DNA of 64,000 bases from Candidatus Eiseniibacteriota bacterium (GTDB taxonomy: Bacteria; Eisenbacteria; RBG-16-71-46; CAIMUX01; VGJL01), in the NCBI GenBank assembly GCA_041946735.1, contig JBHGAY010000025.1, forward strand, positions 1-64,000, given 5' to 3'. The notes beneath the pieces were generated by a model. It was not told the DNA's origin and ran no database searches. It saw nothing but the letters and a program-made list of their open reading frames with translations. The position numbers and the translations under genes are program-made. This document shows, piece by piece, positions 58,292-64,000 of the stretch (its first letter is position 1; every line of letters begins with the position of its first letter).

Positions 58292-59338
58292 ATGCCTCAC
58301 CTCTTCTCACCCCTGAAGCTTCGCTCCGTCGAGATCCCGAACCGGATCGCGATGAGCCCCATGTGCACCTACTCGGCCGGCGAGGACGGAATCGCCACCG
58401 ACTGGCATCTCGTCCATCTTGGCAGCCGCGCAGTCGGACGTTGCGGCCTGCTCCTCACCGAGGCGACGGCGGTCACCCCGGGCGGCCGCATCAGCACCGG
58501 CGATCTCGGCCTCTGGGACGACGCGCAGATCGAGCCGCTCGCCCGCATCGTTTCCTTCTGCCGCGCGCAGGGATCCCGCATTGCCGCTCAGCTCGCTCAC
58601 GCCGGCCGCAAAGCGTGGTCTCCCCATAAGGGCGCCGGGCCCGACATTCCCGTCGGACCGACCGACGTCCCGTTCGATGAAGGCTGGGTCGCCCCGCGCC
58701 CGCTCACCGCCCAAGAGATCGAGGCGGTCATCGTCGCATGGCGTGAGGCGGCCCGGCGCGCGCTCGCCGCCGATTTCGACGCCATCGAGATCCATGCCGC
58801 GCACGGCTACCTGCTCCACCAGTTCCTCACCCCGCTCGTGAACCGGCGGATCGACGAGTACGGCGGCAGTCTCGAGAACCGCGCGCGCTTGATGCTGCGT
58901 GTGGCGGCGGCCGTCCGCGAGGTGTGGCCCGCGGACCGGCCGCTCCTGCTACGCGTGTCCGCCTTCGAATGGACGGAGGGAGGCCTGACTCCGGCGGACT
59001 TCGTCGCCCTCGCGCCCCGCATGCGCGAAGCCGGGATCGACATGGTCGACTGCTCCTCGGGCGGAGCGATCCCGATGGGGCCCCCGGCCGGACGGATCGG
59101 CCCCGGCTACCAGGTGCCGTTCGCCGAGGAGATCCGCGTCGGAAGCGGGCTGCCGACGATCGCCGTCGGCCTGATCACCGAGCCGGAACAGGCCGACGCG
59201 ATCGTCCAGAACGAGCAGGCGGACATGATCGCTCTCGGCCGTGAGCTGCTGCGCGAGCCGTACTGGCCTCTCGCCGCGGCGAAGCGCCTCGAGCATCCGC
59301 TCGAATGGCCGTGGCAGTATCTCCGGGCGAAAGGCTAG
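58292..59338 (+). CDS. NADH:flavin oxidoreductase (old yellow enzyme, NamA/YqjM-type)
   Basis: 'MSPMCTYS', 'QLAHAGRK', 'EIHAAHGYLLHQFL', 'YGGSLENR', 'GRELLREPYW'. Confidence 0.95.
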   Translation: MPHLFSPLKLRSVEIPNRIAMSPMCTYSAGEDGIATDWHLVHLGSRAVGRCGLLLTEATAVTPGGRISTGDLGLWDDAQIEPLARIVSFCRAQGSRIAAQLAHAGRKAWSPHKGAGPDIPVGPTDVPFDEGWVAPRPLTAQEIEAVIVAWREAARRALAADFDAIEIHAAHGYLLHQFLTPLVNRRIDEYGGSLENRARLMLRVAAAVREVWPADRPLLLRVSAFEWTEGGLTPADFVALAPRMREAGIDMVDCSSGGAIPMGPPAGRIGPGYQVPFAEEIRVGSGLPTIAVGLITEPEQADAIVQNEQADMIALGRELLREPYWPLAAAKRLEHPLEWPWQYLRAKG

Positions 59339-59369
59339 GCCCAGGCGCCAGGAATCTCGCTATGTCGCC

Positions 59370-60587
59370 TCACGCCTCCATGGCACCGGCCGACGAGAGG
59401 ATCGCCTCGACGTTCTGCGGGGCGAAGAACGCCGCCGGGGAGATGGTCCCCGCGTTCATCCGAGCGAAGTCGTCCATCGCTTTGGGATTACCGTGGATCG
59501 CTCCGAAAAGCCGCTGCATCTCCGGAGGCGGCGGCTCCAGCGTCGCGAGCTGGAAGGTGAACTCGTACATCGCGAGAACACGCTCGTCGCGTTCCCGCTG
59601 ATAGTCCGCCATCGCCTGCTCGAACGGCCGCGTACCACGGAACGACTCGTCCAGCGCCGCCGCGCACCGCTCTGCATCCAGGAAGGCGTCCTGGATCCCC
59701 TGCGCGGTGATCGGATCCTTGTTGTACCCTGCGTCGCCGACGAGTGCCCATCCGGGACCGTACGGCTTGCGGAAGAATCCGGGCAAAGCGGCGCCCGCGA
59801 ACCGGCTCTCGCGCTTCGCGCCGCGCACTCGCTCGGCGAACTCGGGTGCGAGATTCAGGTTCTTCCAGTAGTTGCCTTCGATGTCCTTCTTGTTCGTCTC
59901 GAACTCCGCGTACGGCCATCCGGCGATGATGAGGGTCAAGCCGTCGTGCGTCGGAGCAGCCGCGAAACCGCTGCGCGGCCGGATGTAGTTCTCTAGTCGT
60001 CCGTTCATCGGGAGCCCGCTCCAGTAGGCGTAGTAGCCGGCGAGGACCGGCTCCTTCTCGTTGTACTGCTCGGGTTCCACGGCCTCCGCCACCTTCGAGT
60101 ATCGACCATCGGCCCCGATGACGACTCGCGCTCGCTCCGTCACGGTCGTGCCGTTGTGCGATCGTCCACGGATTCCGGTAACCCGGCCATCCTCGAAGAG
60201 GATCTCCTCCACCGTGAACCCTTCGCGCACCTCGGCCCCCGCCTCGGCGGCAGCATCGACAAGGATCTTGTCGAGGACCGTGCGTCGCGGGCAGTAGGCG
60301 AGCGGCGCCTCTTCCGTCCCGGGCCATCCCTCGATGACGAAGGGTCCGAAGTCGAATGCGTAGCGATGCATCGGCGGGCAACCGGTGGATGTGAGGCGGT
60401 CGAGCAGGCCCCAACGCTCCAGGGCTGCGGCGGCGAGCGGGTGGACGATGTGGGTGGAGATCGTGTCGCTCGGGAACGTAGCGCGATCGACCAGCAGGAC
60501 TTCATAACCGCTTCGCGCCAACAACATCGCCGCCGGCGAGCCTGCGCAACGCGCTCCCACCACGATGGCGTCGTATCGCTTGCTCAT
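59370..60587 (-). CDS. FAD-dependent oxidoreductase (geranylgeranyl reductase/monooxygenase-like)
   Basis: 'IVVGARCAG', 'VIGADG', 'LVGDAGYNKDPITAQGI'. Confidence 0.93.
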   Translation of the reverse strand: MSKRYDAIVVGARCAGSPAAMLLARSGYEVLLVDRATFPSDTISTHIVHPLAAAALERWGLLDRLTSTGCPPMHRYAFDFGPFVIEGWPGTEEAPLAYCPRRTVLDKILVDAAAEAGAEVREGFTVEEILFEDGRVTGIRGRSHNGTTVTERARVVIGADGRYSKVAEAVEPEQYNEKEPVLAGYYAYWSGLPMNGRLENYIRPRSGFAAAPTHDGLTLIIAGWPYAEFETNKKDIEGNYWKNLNLAPEFAERVRGAKRESRFAGAALPGFFRKPYGPGWALVGDAGYNKDPITAQGIQDAFLDAERCAAALDESFRGTRPFEQAMADYQRERDERVLAMYEFTFQLATLEPPPPEMQRLFGAIHGNPKAMDDFARMNAGTISPAAFFAPQNVEAILSSAGAMEA

Positions 60588-60891
60588 TTGAACCTCCTTG
60601 ATCAGGCGACGCGCAAGGGAACGGCAACGGAAGAGAATGGCAATCTGCGAGCCTCCTGACCAGCCGCATGAATGTGCGGTCGCCCCGCTGCCCGTCCACG
60701 GCCCACCACCTCGCCCTGCTTCCCCGCCGGGCGGGGTCCGCCTACCATCGAGCCCGGGCGAACCGGGCGAACCGGGCGACCGCGGGCAAACGCGGGCCAT
60801 GACGAAGGGCTTTGGCGGGTGCCCTCGTCCGATGCAGCCGCTCCAAGAGGCGGGCAGTCCTGCCGTGGCGGAGCCCCATAGGACATTGAGA

Positions 60892-61461
60892 ATGGAGGCA
60901 CAGATGGAGTTGGTGATCCTGGCGCATTTTCGGCGCTACCCGCTCCTCGAGTGCGCGGATCTGTACAAGCTTCTCTTGCAGGCCTGCCTGGGGAACGAGC
61001 ACGCCATCGGCGATCCGACAAGCGCAAGAAAGCGCCTGGACGAGGAGCTCGGCTCGCTACCCGCCGTCCACCCCGCAGATGCGCGATCGATTCCCGGAGA
61101 GAACGAGCCGCTCCTCGATCCCATCTCAGCCGACGGAGCGATTCTCCGCGTGCATCTTCGTCCCTGGAAGGACCGGGCGCTCCCGTCCGACCCGCTCCTC
61201 CAAGCCTTCCTCGACACGGCCGCGGAGCTTCGTCTCCCTGCCGGCGATTTGCGGCGGGAGATGGACATGGCTCGCGCGCTCGCCGCTGCACGGCGAATCC
61301 CGCTTCCGGCCGAGGATCTCGAGGCGTACTTCGCCGTGCGCGAGGCGGAAGGATTGCCCGCGGTGCACCACTCCGCCGCCTACCTCCGGGCGTACGCTCC
61401 TTCCTACCGTGTCGTCCATCGCCGCGCCCTCGCTCGCCACGCGCCGGCCCTCCTCCACTAG
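60892..61461 (+). CDS. Conserved hypothetical protein
   Basis: 'DLYKLLLQACLGNEH', 'LRVHLRP', 'AVHHSAAYLRAYAPSYRVV'. Confidence 0.75.
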   Translation: MEAQMELVILAHFRRYPLLECADLYKLLLQACLGNEHAIGDPTSARKRLDEELGSLPAVHPADARSIPGENEPLLDPISADGAILRVHLRPWKDRALPSDPLLQAFLDTAAELRLPAGDLRREMDMARALAAARRIPLPAEDLEAYFAVREAEGLPAVHHSAAYLRAYAPSYRVVHRRALARHAPALLH

Positions 61462-61634
61462 GCCATCGCGCCCATCGCCTCGTCGGCGCCCGCGCGGCTC
61501 CCGGACAAGCGGCACGGCCCGGGGACCGTTTCCGGTCCCCGAGCCGCGGGGGTGGAGGAGCTGGCTGGTCGAACTTCGATGGACTGGACTCGTACTCTCC
61601 GATTCGGACCGAAATCGTTCTTGCACTCGCCGAG

Positions 61635-62471
61635 CTAGCGCCCGCCGCAACCCGACGCCGGGAACACGCCCCGCGTGCCCCCCCGAGACCCGCTGTCGAG
61701 CGGCGTGGGGGCGACGGGCCTCTTCCAGGCGGCTGCGAACGAGACGCCCCGCCCCACGCGCAGCCGGTAGGCGTCGCGCAGGACGAGCAGGACGAGCAGC
61801 ATCGCCAGTCCACTCATGTAGCCGATCGTCTCCAGGCCGATCAGGAGACCGATGCCCACCACCATGAGCGCGAGCGAGCTGAAATGCTGATACCAGTCGC
61901 CGTAGTTCTCCCGCCAGACCTTCCAGAAAGGCTCCCCGCTCGAAAGAGCGATCGCCCCGGAGACGAGCAGGGTGTTGGTCAGGGAGAAGATCGGAAGGAG
62001 AGATACGACTGCCACAGGATGAAGAAGCAGGATCATCCCGATCGAGCCAACGCTTCCCAGGCCGAGCCACCGCGCCACGGAAAGGGCGAGCGCAAGGGCC
62101 ACGATCGTCTGGGAACCGTTGAAGACCGACTTGATCGCCGACCGGCGATGGAGCAGCAGGTCGGCAAGCACCACGCTCAGTCCGGCCAGGGACATTGCGA
62201 GGGTGGCCGGAAGAGCGAGGAGCACGGCCAGATTCGCGGCGAGAGACATGCTGACCATCCCCTTGCCCGTGGGAGTCGGCAGCCAGAACGTCTCGGCCGC
62301 GAGCGACAGCAGGAACCAGAACGCGACGCCGGACATCGGGACCTTCGGACTCGCGTGAATCCAGAAAAGGATCAGGATTCCCGCGGCGGTCGCAACGGTC
62401 AGTCCGATGTACGGTGCGAGGAGCTTCGATTTACGCTCAGTTCTCATCTCGGCACTTCCCGTTTGTTGCAT
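61635..62471 (-). CDS. Multi-pass membrane protein resembling the sensor region of HD-GYP/GGDEF proteins, with no output domain
   Basis: About 8 TM segments; 'SVFNGSQ', 'NTLLVSGAIAL'; ends shortly after the last TM. Confidence 0.7.
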   Translation of the reverse strand: MQQTGSAEMRTERKSKLLAPYIGLTVATAAGILILFWIHASPKVPMSGVAFWFLLSLAAETFWLPTPTGKGMVSMSLAANLAVLLALPATLAMSLAGLSVVLADLLLHRRSAIKSVFNGSQTIVALALALSVARWLGLGSVGSIGMILLLHPVAVVSLLPIFSLTNTLLVSGAIALSSGEPFWKVWRENYGDWYQHFSSLALMVVGIGLLIGLETIGYMSGLAMLLVLLVLRDAYRLRVGRGVSFAAAWKRPVAPTPLDSGSRGGTRGVFPASGCGGR

Positions 62472-62510
62472 CTTCGTACCCGAGTGATGGCGTCCTCACT
62501 TGCCCCGTCC

Positions 62511-63452
62511 CTACCACCCGGCCCTACCTGCGGCATACGTCGAGAAGTGTGGGAGACCGACCCGGAGCAAATCCCCCGATAGCTCCGCGCCCTCGTCGAT
62601 CCAGGAATCGGTCGCGGGGTCGTAGAGGAAGATGCTCCAGTCGAGATACGGATCCGTATCCAGGCCGTGCAGATCCATCTCGAGCTGCACCGGAATGTTG
62701 AAGACGATTCCGTGGGGTTCGAGCTCGCACATCAAGTATCCATTCCCGGGGTCGCGCACCGTGATGTAGGTGTCTTCGTCGAGAGCGCCGGACGGAATCC
62801 GAACGGTGCAGCGGTGAAACTTCACGTCTCCGCCGCGTCCCGCACGAATCAGCTCCGTCTGGTGCCCAGGCCCCGAGAGCCAGTGAACGAACTGCATCTG
62901 GTCACCCGGAACCGCGTTCCGCTCGCCCAGGCCGTACTCGCCTAGCTCTCTCGCGTACGCGGTCACGCGGTCCCCATCGCGATACGTGGACATCGCGGTC
63001 CACCGGCCTTCGTCCCGGAGGAGCATCGCGAGGTTGCGGATCTTGCGGTAGTCGCTCTTGGCTTCGAGGTGCTCGATCCGCACGGTGACGGGATAGCGCA
63101 AGGAGACATTGGCGGGCGCGATCGCGAACTGCACCCGCTCGTCGTCGGTGAGGCTCAGGGTGAACGTCACCGGCCGACTCAAGGCCCCCCATGGGAACCG
63201 GATGCTGATCTCTCCGACGCTGATCTCGCCGCCGGTGACGCCGATCGTCTTCGTCGTCGACCTCTCCCCGAGGGGAACGGCGAGCGGAGAAGGAGAGCGG
63301 AGCAGGGCAGGCGCGCCCGAGGAGCCGCGCGGGTCCTGTGGAGCAATGGAGTCGTCCGTGGAGCACCCGGCGAGGATCACGCCGAGAACTCCCGTGGCGA
63401 CTGTCAGGAGGACGAACAGAGAAGGATGATGATGCTTGTGTCGCTTCCGCAT
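62511..63452 (-). CDS. Lipoprotein with two ZU5-like domains
   Basis: Lipobox 'LAGC'; 'IGVTGGEI...FPWGAL' and 'GG...IPSGALDEDTYIT...LEPHGIVFNIPV...LPHFSTYA'. Confidence 0.85.
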   Translation of the reverse strand: MRKRHKHHHPSLFVLLTVATGVLGVILAGCSTDDSIAPQDPRGSSGAPALLRSPSPLAVPLGERSTTKTIGVTGGEISVGEISIRFPWGALSRPVTFTLSLTDDERVQFAIAPANVSLRYPVTVRIEHLEAKSDYRKIRNLAMLLRDEGRWTAMSTYRDGDRVTAYARELGEYGLGERNAVPGDQMQFVHWLSGPGHQTELIRAGRGGDVKFHRCTVRIPSGALDEDTYITVRDPGNGYLMCELEPHGIVFNIPVQLEMDLHGLDTDPYLDWSIFLYDPATDSWIDEGAELSGDLLRVGLPHFSTYAAGRAGW

Positions 63453-64000
63453 GTCTCACCTCTGGGGGTCCCTGGCTCCATTGCCTCGAGGACCTGCCTG
63501 CGAGGTGGCCGCATCCATGCCATGTTGGGCGGCTTTCCCCCTGCGATCCGGCAACGAGCGGAAAATGAGCGGCATGCTGGATCGCGCCTCGCCGGTGCCG
63601 CCGTCGTTCCGCGCACAAGCGGAAGACGATCATGCAGAATCGAAGGGCTTCGAGTGGCGCTGGTGGTCCCAACGCGTTCGACGAGAGCCGATTGCGCGGA
63701 AAGGGCTGAGACGGGCCAACCGGGTCGGATTTCCCGCGCGGCTACGTCCGGACCGCCGTCGCTCGCAGGAGTGATCAGGAGATCTCGCGCGCGAGTGGCT
63801 CCCCGAACTCCCGGACGATGGAAACGAGCAGGTCGACATCCTCCGGACCGGTTCGCCAGTTGGCGATCGCGGGACGGAAGGCGGTGCGGCCGGCGTAGCG
63901 TGTCGTGCCGACCAGGACCCGGCCATCACGAAGAATCGCCTCGCCCAGCCTCGCGTTGAGGCGATCGAGCGCCGCGTCTGCGAGCGCCCGGCCGGCGGGG

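Noticed and set aside
230..63959. Many long overlapping Arg/Pro/Ala-rich ORFs (e.g. 230..2092, 9261..11915, 24024..26969, 25181..27943, 43391..45619)
   Set aside because: Shadow frames of real genes in high-GC DNA; no family motifs.
63453..64000. c-di-GMP or other riboswitch upstream of the lipoprotein
   Set aside because: Could not match the conserved core motifs by eye; needs an Infernal/Rfam scan.

Overview
A 64-kb, very GC-rich bacterial chromosomal segment with about 57 supportable CDSs and two tRNA genes (Glu-CUC, Gln-CUG). Secreted proteins with FlgD-Ig/'PNPF' tails, a gingipain-like C25 protease and a recurring C-terminal 'SWGxVKxxYR' motif suggest an FCB-associated lineage such as Ca. 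Eisenbacteria; this is inference only. Most content is housekeeping or stress-related: ECF sigma/anti-sigma module, cvrA, glgP, nfi, CCA-adding enzyme, bshB1-like deacetylase, MrfAB-like helicase/nuclease, AlaX, TrmH, TsaA, ric, HU, acpS, glycosyltransferases, an acyl-CoA oxidation operon and an ECF41/CMD pair. No CRISPR array, integrase or transposase is visible. Signals not captured by the ORF track: (1) a secreted Omp28/thioredoxin-like protein with an in-frame TGA forming a U-x-x-C motif, followed by a SECIS-like hairpin (probable selenoprotein); (2) a secreted Cys-rich repeat protein with an in-frame TGA exactly at a conserved Cys position, followed by a GGUC-loop hairpin; (3) three unrelated secreted proteins sharing a putative C-terminal sorting motif; (4) a lower-GC module pairing a small secreted acidic precursor with a TPR-sigma54 activator, a candidate peptide-signalling system; (5) back-to-back ECF41 promoters, a Crp/Fnr-type box at -41.5 of ric, a probable CTG start, two gene remnants and pervasive short tandem duplications.
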